Made by a program: the position numbers and the translations under genes
From: an uncultured candidate division Zixibacteria bacterium
GTDB taxonomy: Bacteria > Zixibacteria > MSB-5A5 > UBA10806
Length of the DNA: 64,000 nt
Assembly: GCA_963817915.1 (NCBI GenBank)
Contig: CAWFQL010000012.1
Coordinates: 256,001 to 320,000, forward strand
Direction: 5' to 3'
Shown: in pieces, positions 28,054 to 37,790 of the stretch
Position numbering within the stretch: position 1 is the first letter of the stretch
Layout: each line of letters opens with the position of its first letter
Notes under the pieces: model-generated
Told to the model about the DNA's origin: nothing
The model's input: only the letters and a program-made list of their open reading frames with translations
The model's database searches: none

Positions 28054-30093
28054 ATGATGAAAATAATCCAAATGGCATTAATCGGGTTTTGCGTTGTGCT
28101 GTTCGCAAATCCCTGCCGAGCTCAACAGGGTGAATATGGTGTCGCCGCGATATCCGGCCCCGACGGTGTTCGGCTTCTTATCGGCCGTGATATCTTGAGC
28201 CAAAGCAGCGCCTCCCAGACTGGCGGGTGGATCGGCTATAATATTTACAAAAAAGAGTCCGGGAAAAATACATTCAAAAAAATAAATGACCGCCCGGTGG
28301 CCCGAGTTAAGACGTTGGCGGAACTTGAGAGTCGGCTTGGAGAGGAATTAAATCTCCTATTGGGTTTTGTAAAAATTGATAACAAGACAGAATTCTGGCG
28401 AATGATTGAAAATCGAGAGGAAAAAGTTCTGGTTCTTACTATGCTCGATCCGCCTTTACGCGAGGCCCTTGGCCTTTCGTACCTCGATAAAGATGTCAAA
28501 AAAGGAAATAAATATATTTATGCCGTAACCAGGGTCAATACCGAGGGAAAGGAATCACCTTATTCGGACTCCTCCGCTGTTATCTTTGGCAAAGCCCCGT
28601 TTGATTTAAATGGCCCGCTCAACTTCAAGGGGAAAGCATCAGACAATCAGGTTCGTTTGGAGTGGCAGGTAAACCCGGCCGACACCGGAGCCTTTTTCTT
28701 CTCCGTTTACCGCGCTTCGGCGAAGGAAGGACCATTTGAGCGCTTGAACGACAGGCCTATAATGCTCTTCTACTCCAACGAATCAAACGAGCTTCCTACA
28801 GGGGCATTCCTCGATACCACTGTTCAAAACGGACGGGTCTATTACTACGCTGTAGTCTCGATTGATATCGCAGGCAACGAAAGCCCAAAGCGGCCGCTGA
28901 TGCTTTGCCCCAAAGACAACCAGCCCCCCGCCATCCCCCAAGAGGTAATCGCCAAATCATCGGCGATGGGAGTGACGCTTAGTTGGAAGGTGATACCGGA
29001 GCCCGATTTGGCCGGCTTTATAATCTACCGCAGCCAAATACCTGAAAGTCTTTTCACCCGTCTCAACAACGCCCTAAGCCCGCCTGATAGCGGCTATTGG
29101 GAGGATAAATCGGCCGCGCCAAATACTCAGTATTACTACTATATTGTGGCGGTAGATAAATCCGGCAATCTGTCCGAGCCTTCGGCTACCACTTTCAGCC
29201 TTTTCGAAAATCGAAAGCAACCGTTGCCGCCCGAAATCCTTATCGCTGAGGGAACGCCCGAGGGTGTTCGTATCCAATGGCGCCCCAATACCGACCCAGA
29301 TCTTTTTGGTTATTACGTTTTCCGAGGCGATGGCATCGATGATGTTCCTGTTCAGGTTTCGCCATTAATTGGAAAGGATACGACTTTTTATCACGATACG
29401 GATTCCCATCTTTCTCCGAAGGGTACTTACCGTTATCATATAAAAGCTGTAAACTACACTGGTGTTTTGAGTATGCTTTCAGCGCCTATGTTCGCCAAAC
29501 CCGGTATTATTGTCCCTGTCGATCCGCCGCTCTCATTTTACGGCTACCAGGATGTTATAGGCAATCGGCTATTTTGGACACCCACCAGCGACAATACTGC
29601 TGCCGGCTATTCCATCTATCGAACTCTGGCTTCAGATACCTCAACCTGGCAGCTTATCAACTCTTCGCCGCTTCCTTCATCATCTAACAATTTCACCGAC
29701 AGCATCGCCGGGGTCGGCATATCTTATCTCTATCGCATCAAGTCTGTTGATCAAAGAGGCAACGAGGGAAAACCATCGCTTTCAATCTCCCTTTCCAAAT
29801 TCGCGCCGCCGCCGCTGCCGCCGCCCAACGTGACAATAAGCAAAGCCGAAGTTGGCTTAAAAATAGTTTGGGATATATCTCTCGAACCGCGTGTCGCCGG
29901 ATATCGTATCTATCGCCGAAGCGGCATGGAGCCGTCCGTATTGCTTAATCAAGAATTGCTTAAAGTATCAATTGGCGAGTACCGCGATAAGTCTGTAAAG
30001 CCGGGTGCCAGATATTTTTACACGGTTACTTGCGTCGGAGCCGATGGGCGGGAGGGTGCCCACAGTAATGAAGCCACCTATTTTGCCAGGTAA
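28054..30093 (+). CDS. Exported multi-fibronectin type III protein
   Basis: Signal peptide; about six repeats of W...GY.IYR....D..V..G..Y.Y.V.AVD..GNES. Confidence 0.85.
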   Translation: MMKIIQMALIGFCVVLFANPCRAQQGEYGVAAISGPDGVRLLIGRDILSQSSASQTGGWIGYNIYKKESGKNTFKKINDRPVARVKTLAELESRLGEELNLLLGFVKIDNKTEFWRMIENREEKVLVLTMLDPPLREALGLSYLDKDVKKGNKYIYAVTRVNTEGKESPYSDSSAVIFGKAPFDLNGPLNFKGKASDNQVRLEWQVNPADTGAFFFSVYRASAKEGPFERLNDRPIMLFYSNESNELPTGAFLDTTVQNGRVYYYAVVSIDIAGNESPKRPLMLCPKDNQPPAIPQEVIAKSSAMGVTLSWKVIPEPDLAGFIIYRSQIPESLFTRLNNALSPPDSGYWEDKSAAPNTQYYYYIVAVDKSGNLSEPSATTFSLFENRKQPLPPEILIAEGTPEGVRIQWRPNTDPDLFGYYVFRGDGIDDVPVQVSPLIGKDTTFYHDTDSHLSPKGTYRYHIKAVNYTGVLSMLSAPMFAKPGIIVPVDPPLSFYGYQDVIGNRLFWTPTSDNTAAGYSIYRTLASDTSTWQLINSSPLPSSSNNFTDSIAGVGISYLYRIKSVDQRGNEGKPSLSISLSKFAPPPLPPPNVTISKAEVGLKIVWDISLEPRVAGYRIYRRSGMEPSVLLNQELLKVSIGEYRDKSVKPGARYFYTVTCVGADGREGAHSNEATYFAR

Positions 30094-30160
30094 TCATTAT
30101 CATTCGATGAGAATTTGCCTGGCTAAATCTCAGGAGCCATTAAATCGAAAAGCTTGACTT

Positions 30161-31874
30161 ATGAAAACTCGAAAAAAATCAAATTGGACAGTAGGCTCAG
30201 CCATCTTGGCAGCAGTGATTCTTTTTTCGTTTCCAGTTGCGGTCTTCCCGCAGGTAACGGACACCTATAGAGAGGCCGGCGGAACCCAGAAAGTCCAGTA
30301 ATTTTATATTTTCGGGGAGCATTGGTGTATACGGCGAGCTTTACGATAAATCAAATGGGCCAAGCCGACGACCTGGCAGCACGTCCAGGCTGTTTTTCCG
30401 TCCTACTTTCTCACTTTTTCGTTCGGTATCAGTCTCGTCAGACATCATCCTATCATCCGATGGAAGCTCCAATCGTCAAAACATTAATCAATTCGATTTC
30501 AATCCCAAATGGAGTTGGGGCAGCGCCCACTTGGGGGATTTCACCGATACCTATTCCTCTCTTACACTCAACGGCATCCGGATAAGGGGTGGAGGGCTGA
30601 CAATCAATCCCAAAAAATTCCGCTTTTCTGCCCTGGGAGGCCAAACTCGGAGGGCTACCTCAAACACGTCCGGCACGCGCAGTTTCTCGCGAAATCTATT
30701 CGGGGGGCGCATTGGAGTCGGCAAGGATGGAGGCTCCCGGATCGATCTCATCATGCTGAAATCTAAAGATAAGGCATCCTCACTTCCACCTTTGGAGGGA
30801 GAATTCGGCGTTGTCGATACAGCCCAAAATCAAAATTTCGCCAACCCCTGGTCGCAATATCCCGAGGAAAACTTTATCACCGCCATCTCGAGCAATTTAC
30901 TGCTTTTCGGCGGCAAAATAAAATGGGGGAACGAGCTTTCCGGAAGTGCATTTACGCGAAACACTGAAGGGGGGAGTATTACCGACGAAAAAATTCCTTC
31001 TTGGACCGAACAGATTTTTAAGATTCACACAGGGTCGAGAGTCGACATTGCATATAAGACCGAGTTTGGCTATTCCAATCAGGTTTGGAATGTCACCAGC
31101 GGTTATGAGTTTATAGGCCCCGGTTATGTTTCGCTAGGACTCTCATCGCTAATGTCCGATCGCCAGGCATTTCGTTTGGGCGGTGCTTTCAGGCAAAAAA
31201 ATTGGTCGATCAACCTGAACGGCGCCCGCGAGAACGACAACCTGCTGAATCAAAAGACTTACACTACTGTTCGCCAGAGATACGGCGGCACCATCAGTTT
31301 CCGGCCTGTTACCTGGTGGAATGTAGTATTCTCCGGAAATTTCCTTAACATGGGTAACAACGCCGCCAACGATACGATGCTTATAGACAATACCAACGTA
31401 GTCGTAGGCCTTAATCAAACTTTCATCCTGAACTACTTGAGAATTCAAACTATCTCTATCAACTATATTAATCAGAGCGCTTCCGATTCCAATCCATTGC
31501 GAATCGATTCACGCCTCCGATCTCAAACATTTGATTTACGATTAACTATTAAAGCCGCTTCCCAAATAACGGTCTCTCCTTCCGTGGGAGTTGTAGCCAG
31601 CCGCATCGGCAGCGCGGGAACCAAGACAACCACGGTCATCGGTGTTAATGCCCAGTGCCGTGCCCTGGCAGATAGACTCACGGCCAGCCTGACAACCGGG
31701 CCATCAATTGCTACAGATATGAGACTCTTCAGGACCACATTGACCTGCGCCTATAAGCTCACAGGTGCCGATCTGATTCAAACCGATTTGAGGCTTAACA
31801 ACTTCAGCAACAAAAATACGACAAACAATTACAACGAGACAATATGGAGTATAAGTCTTACTCATCAATTCTAA
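30161..31874 (+). CDS. Probable outer membrane beta-barrel protein; apparent +1 frameshift near 30270
   Basis: ATG 30161 gives a signal peptide; the 30531 frame is open back to ~30259; amphipathic strands, LGDF..YSSLTLNG, GPGYVSLG, C-terminal ISLTHQF. Confidence 0.7.
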
Positions 31875-31919
31875 ATTTCTAGCTTTCCCGATGTCTTTAG
31901 GTTAACATTAAATTTCAAT

Positions 31920-31958
31920 AGCGAATCATAAACCTCGTGTCCGGGGTTCGAATCCCTG
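31920..31958 (+). other. Degenerate 3' half of a CAT-anticodon tRNA (att-site scar)
   Basis: GAATCATAAACCTCGTGTCCGGGGTTCGAATCCCTG: anticodon loop and T arm, with no D arm or 5' acceptor strand; next to an integrase remnant. Confidence 0.6.
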
Positions 31959-32095
31959 CGAAGTTAAAATAATATCAAGACATTCAACGAGTTACAGACA
32001 CCTATATTAAACGAATTTTTCTGCGCAATCGCCATTACAACACTTTGGCTCTATAATCGTTTTACCGAATAAGGATATTCAAATTAAAAAAGTTG

Positions 32096-32535
32096 CTACC
32101 AAAATAGCAGCGGCTTTATCTTTTTTATGTAAAGTGACAGCAAATACGGCAGTTTTGCCATCATTTCAACACTATAATCTTCAGCTAAATGTGCATAGAT
32201 CATTGTCGTATCAATCTGCGCATGACCTAATAGTCTTTGTACTGTGAATAATGGTACACCAGCCATCACTAAGTGGCTCGCAAAAGTATGCCTGAAAGTG
32301 TGACATGTAGCCCAGGGAAGGCCAATCGAGGTGAGCACATTCGAGATGTGCCGGTCTAACCACCATTCAGACCATTGCGGAAGTTCTTTTCCTTTTTTAG
32401 TAAAGGGGCCGAATACCTTCCAATCAGTCCGTTTTTTCAATCTATTTAGCATTTCAATAAAACTTGGTGAATACTTAAGTGGGATTACCCTATTTCGTTT
32501 TCCTTTGGCATTAATGCCCTTAACTAACTCATGTC
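32096..32535 (-). pseudogene. Tyrosine recombinase/integrase C-terminal remnant
   Basis: AKGKRNRVIPL, HTFRHTFASHL, LLGHAQIDTTMIYAHL; in-frame stop upstream, so the N-terminal half is missing. Confidence 0.88.
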
Positions 32536-32650
32536 ACCTATTGTAAACCGAGTAATAGATTCCGGGAGTGTTCTTGATAATTGAAGTATAGCGTTCATCC
32601 ACCATTTAATTACCTTAATGGCTTGGATGTCGCCCGGCATAAAACATAGT

Positions 32651-32668
32651 TAGTGAAAAATTTCACTT
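32651..32668. promoter_or_regulatory. Rex-like operator abutting a -35 (TTGACT) upstream of the hdr/nuo/mvh operon
   Basis: TAGTGAA-AAAT-TTCACTT versus Rex consensus TTGTGAA-N4-TTCACAA. Confidence 0.55.
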
Positions 32669-32808
32669 GACTTGCTTCCATATAAATGTAAATAGAATGC
32701 TTGTCGGAGCAGCATGGTGGTGCGCCAATAGATTGTTTTTATTGCGAGGTTTATGGTGTCCTGACTAATGCTTATGAATACAATTAAAAATTAATATTCG
32801 GAGGATCC

Positions 32809-33396
32809 ATGAAACACAACATTGATCCATTTCCCAAGAAGGAGGCCGAACTGAGAGCCGCATTCTGGGAACAGATCAGCAGTTTCCCCGATGGTCACAA
32901 TATCAAAAACTGCCTGCAATGCGGCACCTGCACCGGAACTTGCCCCGTCTCATATGCAATGGACATTACGCCAAGACAAATTATCGCCATGTTTCGGGCG
33001 GGACTTGTCGAGGACGTGCTACAAAGCAGGACAATTTGGCTTTGCGCCTCGTGCTATTCCTGCACCGTGCGGTGCCCATCGGGAATCAGGGTGACCGATA
33101 CGCTCTACGCGCTGAAACGTACCGCCATGGATAAGAAAATCTATCCCCCGAAATTCCCCGTGCACACCCTGTCTCGAGCCTTCATTCAAAATGTCTATAG
33201 ATATGGGCGCAACTATGAACTTGGATTAGGCATTAGATATTTTCTTTCTACAAATTTCATTAAACTTTTCACCAATATAGGATATGGATTCTCAATGATA
33301 CGGCGCGGACGCCTTAATATTATTCCTAGACGACTCAAACGAATAAATCAGGTTCGGGCGATTATTAAAATAGCCGACCAATTCGGGGAGGGCTGA
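32809..33396 (+). CDS. hdrC: Heterodisulfide reductase subunit C
   Basis: CLQCGTCTGTCP; IWLCASCYSCTVRCP. Confidence 0.92.
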   Translation: MKHNIDPFPKKEAELRAAFWEQISSFPDGHNIKNCLQCGTCTGTCPVSYAMDITPRQIIAMFRAGLVEDVLQSRTIWLCASCYSCTVRCPSGIRVTDTLYALKRTAMDKKIYPPKFPVHTLSRAFIQNVYRYGRNYELGLGIRYFLSTNFIKLFTNIGYGFSMIRRGRLNIIPRRLKRINQVRAIIKIADQFGEG

Positions 33397-34277
33397 TGCT
33401 GGAATATGCTTATTACCCGGGTTGCAGCCTGGAAAATTCGGCCGGTTCATACGATAAATCGATTCGCGAGGTTTTTAATCGGTTGGGAGTCGGCTTGCAT
33501 GAGATAGAAGATTGGAATTGCTGCGGTGCAACAATGTATATGTCCGTTAAAAAAATAATCGGCTATGCCATCAGCGCCCGCAATCTCGCTATCGCCCAGA
33601 ATATGGGAATGCAGATTTGCGCCCCATGCAGCAGCTGTTACACGATTCTGCGAAAAACAAATCGCCATATCGCCTGGAATGATAAAGAACGCATCAAAAT
33701 CAATGAAGCCTTGAAAGCGGCAGGGCTATCTTATGATACCATAGTCGAGGTTCGCCATCCGCTGGATATTTTGACCAGGGATATCGGTTTGGATTTTATC
33801 AAAGAGAAAGTGGTTAAGCCTCTAAAGGGAATCAAGGTTGCGCCATATTATGGATGTCAGATAGTCAGACCGCATGGATTTTTCGATAATGTCGACAACC
33901 CGATGACAATGGATCATCTTTTTTCGGCCATTGGCGCTCAGGCGGTCGATTACCCCGCCAAGGTCCGCTGTTGCGGTGGCATGCTGATGACAACTCAGGA
34001 GGATGTCGCCTTAAAATTGAATCTCACTCTTCTTCAGGCCGCTGTCGATAACGGCGCCGATATAATCGCTACCGGCTGTCCGCTTTGCGAAATGAATCTC
34101 GAAGCCTATCAAAATAAGATTAATAAAAAATTCGGACAGAATTTTGATATCCCGATTGTCTATTTCAGCCATTTGGTAGGCATAGCATTGGGGGCAAAAC
34201 CGGAAGCGATGGGTATCGACAAACTCCTGAAACAACCCACGAAATTGAATTCTATCGCTAGGGAGGTGATGACATGA
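33396..34277 (+). CDS. hdrB: Heterodisulfide reductase subunit B
   Basis: YYPGC, WNCCGA, PCSSC; YYGCQ, RCCGG, GCPLC (two CCG domains). Confidence 0.95.
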   Translation: MLEYAYYPGCSLENSAGSYDKSIREVFNRLGVGLHEIEDWNCCGATMYMSVKKIIGYAISARNLAIAQNMGMQICAPCSSCYTILRKTNRHIAWNDKERIKINEALKAAGLSYDTIVEVRHPLDILTRDIGLDFIKEKVVKPLKGIKVAPYYGCQIVRPHGFFDNVDNPMTMDHLFSAIGAQAVDYPAKVRCCGGMLMTTQEDVALKLNLTLLQAAVDNGADIIATGCPLCEMNLEAYQNKINKKFGQNFDIPIVYFSHLVGIALGAKPEAMGIDKLLKQPTKLNSIAREVMT

Positions 34278-35251
34278 ACAATATTTCTACCAACGGTAAT
34301 GGCTATAACCCACCCCGTATAGGAGTTTATGTCTGCCATTGCGGCACCAATATCGCGAAAACAGTCGATGTCGTCAAAGTTGTAGACGCGGTCGCGGCAG
34401 TACCCGGTGTCATCATCGCCCGACATTATCGTTTTATGTGCTCTGATCCCGGCCAGGAGCTTATTCAAAAAGATATTAAAGAACTCAATCTAAATAGAAT
34501 TGTGGTCGCGGCCTGCAGCCCGTTGATGCATGAAGCGACATTCAGGAAAGCCGTCGAATCCGCGGGGCTGAATCGATATCTATTCGAAATGGCGAATATA
34601 AGAGAACAGGTAAGCTGGGTTACCGTCGATTCCAATGCCGCCACGAGAAAAGCCATCGCTTTGCTAAGGGGCTCGATAGCCAGAGTCAAATTACATGAGC
34701 CACTTGAGATGCGGCAGGTATCAATCACCAAACGAGTCATGATTGTCGGCGCGGGGATTGCTGGCATTGAAGCGGCCTTGCAGATTGCCGACGCCGGATT
34801 CGAAGTCATTCTGGTTGAAAGAGAATCTTCCATCGGCGGGCATATGTCGCAATTCGATAAGACTTTCCCGACTCTGGATTGCGCAGCCTGTATTCTAACC
34901 CCGAAAATGGTAAGTGTCGGCAAGCATCCAAATATCCGTTTGATCACATGGGCCGAGGTCGAGGAGGTCAAAGGGTACATTGGTAATTTCAAAATAAAGG
35001 TACGGAAAAAAGCCCGCTACGTCGATACCAAGCTCTGCAATAGCTGTGGTTCCTGCTATGAGGCCTGCCCGAGCCGTCCATATCCAAAATATAGAAGGAT
35101 GCTGCTTGGCGATAAGGTTTTCAAAGAGGGCAAGGCTCTTGATATACGCCATCCCGATTTATTAGGACCGGAGCATGATTTGACAGCATTGACTAGTGCC
35201 CAGCCGATGCCAGAAGCCGTGATTATTCCAGTCAATGGAGGCACAAAATGA
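34274..35251 (+). CDS. hdrA: HdrA N-terminal half (N domain, first FAD-binding part, first ferredoxin motif)
   Basis: RIGVYVCHCG, CSDPGQ, AACSP, NIRE, GAGIAG, DKTFPTLDCAACIL, CNSCGSCYEACP, then an unrelated tail. Confidence 0.92.
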   Translation: MNNISTNGNGYNPPRIGVYVCHCGTNIAKTVDVVKVVDAVAAVPGVIIARHYRFMCSDPGQELIQKDIKELNLNRIVVAACSPLMHEATFRKAVESAGLNRYLFEMANIREQVSWVTVDSNAATRKAIALLRGSIARVKLHEPLEMRQVSITKRVMIVGAGIAGIEAALQIADAGFEVILVERESSIGGHMSQFDKTFPTLDCAACILTPKMVSVGKHPNIRLITWAEVEEVKGYIGNFKIKVRKKARYVDTKLCNSCGSCYEACPSRPYPKYRRMLLGDKVFKEGKALDIRHPDLLGPEHDLTALTSAQPMPEAVIIPVNGGTK

Positions 35252-35769
35252 AAACGATGATTGATTCGAAATACGATCTCGAGCAGGCTATTGATTCTAT
35301 TGTCAAAAAATATGAGGCCCAACCGACGGCATTGATAATGATCCTTCAGGATGTCCAGAAACATTACCGTTATCTGCCAGAGGCGGCCATTCGTCTGGTA
35401 TCAGCAAAAATGAATTTGCCGTTAGCGCAGATATACGGCGTGGCGACCTTTTATAGATCATTCAGCCTGAAGCCGAAAGGCAAAAATCATGTATGTGTCT
35501 GCACCGGGACAGCTTGCCATGTTCGTCAGGCGAATGTCATTGTTGAACGGCTGGAAACGGATCTCGGGTTAAAGGCCGGAGAAACATCAAAAGATCTCGA
35601 ATTTAGTTTAGAGACGGTCAATTGTCTCGGAGCCTGCGCTCTGGGGCCATTGGTGACAGCCAATGAAGTCTATTACGGAAATATGACCGTATCGAAGGTT
35701 GACCGGATGCTGGCGAAATTACAGGGCAAAGAAGAATCTCCTGATAATGATGAGGAGGAAGCCGCATGA
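35248..35769 (+). CDS. nuoE: NuoE/HydC-like [2Fe-2S] subunit
   Basis: GVATFY, CTGTACH, CLGACALGP. Confidence 0.93.
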   Translation: MKTMIDSKYDLEQAIDSIVKKYEAQPTALIMILQDVQKHYRYLPEAAIRLVSAKMNLPLAQIYGVATFYRSFSLKPKGKNHVCVCTGTACHVRQANVIVERLETDLGLKAGETSKDLEFSLETVNCLGACALGPLVTANEVYYGNMTVSKVDRMLAKLQGKEESPDNDEEEAA

Positions 35770-37781
35770 GCGCATTGAAATTGTCATCTCCTCAGGAATT
35801 GGAAAAATTCAGGGCTCAACTGATAATGGGCCGTCAGACTAATAAGACTGTCATTACAATCTGCGCCGGCACCGGATGCCTGGCGTGCGGATGCGAATCA
35901 GTTACAAAAGCTTTCCGGGATGAATTAGCCGAAAGCAATCTATCCAAAGACGTTGATATCAAAACCACCGGATGCCATGGCTTTTGCGAACGGGGCCCGC
36001 TGGTAGTGATTCAGCCAAAGGGGATTTTTTACCAGAAGGTAAAGCCGTCCGATGTAAAATTAATAATAGACCAAACTATCAAGGGCGGACAGTTAGTCAA
36101 TCGTCTTCTTTACAAAGACCCCCAGACTAAACAGACCATAGTCGAAGAAAAAGATATCCCTTTTTACAAAAAACAGATGCGCCTGATATTCGGCAAAAAC
36201 GGTTTCATGGACCCGACCTCAATTGAGGATTATATTATTTTAGGCGGATACAAGGCGATCTCCAAAGCCCTCACCCAAATGCAGCCTGAACAGATTGTCG
36301 AAGAAGTAAAAAAGTCTGGCCTTAGGGGCCGAGGCGGCGGTGGATTTCTAACTGGAAAAAAATGGGCAACATGTCGCAAAGCCAAGGGCATTCCCAAATA
36401 TGTAATATGTAATGCCGACGAAGGCGATCCCGGAGCTTTCATGGACCGTTCGCTTCTTGAAGGCAATCCACATTCCGTAATCGAAGGCATGATTATCGGA
36501 GCGTTCGCCATCGGGAGCAATGACGGTTATGTATATGTCCGCAATGAATATCCTTTGGCGGTAAAAAATTTGACCATTGCCATCGCTGCGGCGAGGGAGT
36601 ACGGCCTTTTAGGAAAAAACATACTTGGGAGCGGATTTAATTTTGATATAGGAGTCTCTCGGGGCGGAGGCGCCTTCGTTTGCGGTGAATCGACAGCATT
36701 GATGGCGTCGTTGGAAGGCAAGACCGGCGAGCCGCGCGCTAAGTATATTCATACTGTTGAATCGGGACTTTGGGAAAAACCATCCAACCTGAACAATGTC
36801 GAAACCTGGGCTAATGTGCCATTGATAATCGAAAAGGGCGCCGAATGGTATGCCAGTATTGGCACTGAAAATTCCAAGGGCACAAAAGTTTTCGCGTTAA
36901 CAGGCAAAGTCAACAATACTGGCCTAGTCGAAGTCCCCATGGGAATAACTCTTCGCGAAATACTCTATGATATCGGTGGAGGCGTTCCCGGCAAAAAGCG
37001 GTTCAAAGCTGTACAAACCGGTGGGCCATCCGGGGGTACGCTGATAGTTGAAACCAGAGAAGAGAAAATTCACGATAGCCTGGTAGCGCATGGTGACATA
37101 CGCCAGGAAGAAGAAGTAATCAGCCTACTCGACCTACCGGTTGATTTTGATGAGCTAACCAAGGCAGGTTCGATGATGGGGTCCGGCGGCATGATAGTCA
37201 TGGACGAGGACTCATGCATGGTGGACGTGGCTAAATACTTCATCAATTTCCTGCAGGAGGAAAGCTGTGGGAAATGTTTGCCTTGTCGCGAAGGTTTGAG
37301 AACCATGCTCGATGTGCTTACCAGAATCTCCGACGGCCGCGGCGAGATGGAAGATATGGCGCTTTTAGAAGAGCTTTCGCAAGTTATTATTGATACCAGC
37401 CTTTGCCAGCTCGGCGGCAGCGCTCCCAATCCCATCCTTTCGACTCTAAGGTATTTCCGCCAGGAATATACCGCGCATGTTAAAGATAAACGTTGCCCGG
37501 CTGGTGTCTGCAAGGAACTTGTATCTCACGCCATTAGCGAAGACTGCAATGGCTGTCATGCCTGCGCCAAGCCGTGTCCTACTAACGCGATTAAAGGAGA
37601 TCTCAAGGGGCTTCATACGATTATTCAGGATAAATGCATTCAATGCGGCGCCTGCTATCAAATATGCAAATTCAACGCCATAAAGCGGGTGAAACGAGGC
37701 GAAGGGGATATAATCCAGCAGAAAGCAGGACAACAATGGCAGCCAAGAGCAAAAACTCAGCAACCATCGGTGAGCGCATAG
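35766..37781 (+). CDS. nuoF: NuoF/HydB-like FMN/NADH subunit with extra Fe-S domains
   Basis: N-terminal CAGTGC..GCHGFC; GRGGGGF; NADEGDPGAFMDR; NNVET; GGPSG; SCGKCLPCREG; C-terminal 2x[4Fe-4S]. Confidence 0.95.
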   Translation: MSALKLSSPQELEKFRAQLIMGRQTNKTVITICAGTGCLACGCESVTKAFRDELAESNLSKDVDIKTTGCHGFCERGPLVVIQPKGIFYQKVKPSDVKLIIDQTIKGGQLVNRLLYKDPQTKQTIVEEKDIPFYKKQMRLIFGKNGFMDPTSIEDYIILGGYKAISKALTQMQPEQIVEEVKKSGLRGRGGGGFLTGKKWATCRKAKGIPKYVICNADEGDPGAFMDRSLLEGNPHSVIEGMIIGAFAIGSNDGYVYVRNEYPLAVKNLTIAIAAAREYGLLGKNILGSGFNFDIGVSRGGGAFVCGESTALMASLEGKTGEPRAKYIHTVESGLWEKPSNLNNVETWANVPLIIEKGAEWYASIGTENSKGTKVFALTGKVNNTGLVEVPMGITLREILYDIGGGVPGKKRFKAVQTGGPSGGTLIVETREEKIHDSLVAHGDIRQEEEVISLLDLPVDFDELTKAGSMMGSGGMIVMDEDSCMVDVAKYFINFLQEESCGKCLPCREGLRTMLDVLTRISDGRGEMEDMALLEELSQVIIDTSLCQLGGSAPNPILSTLRYFRQEYTAHVKDKRCPAGVCKELVSHAISEDCNGCHACAKPCPTNAIKGDLKGLHTIIQDKCIQCGACYQICKFNAIKRVKRGEGDIIQQKAGQQWQPRAKTQQPSVSA

Positions 37782-37790
37782 GAGGATGAG

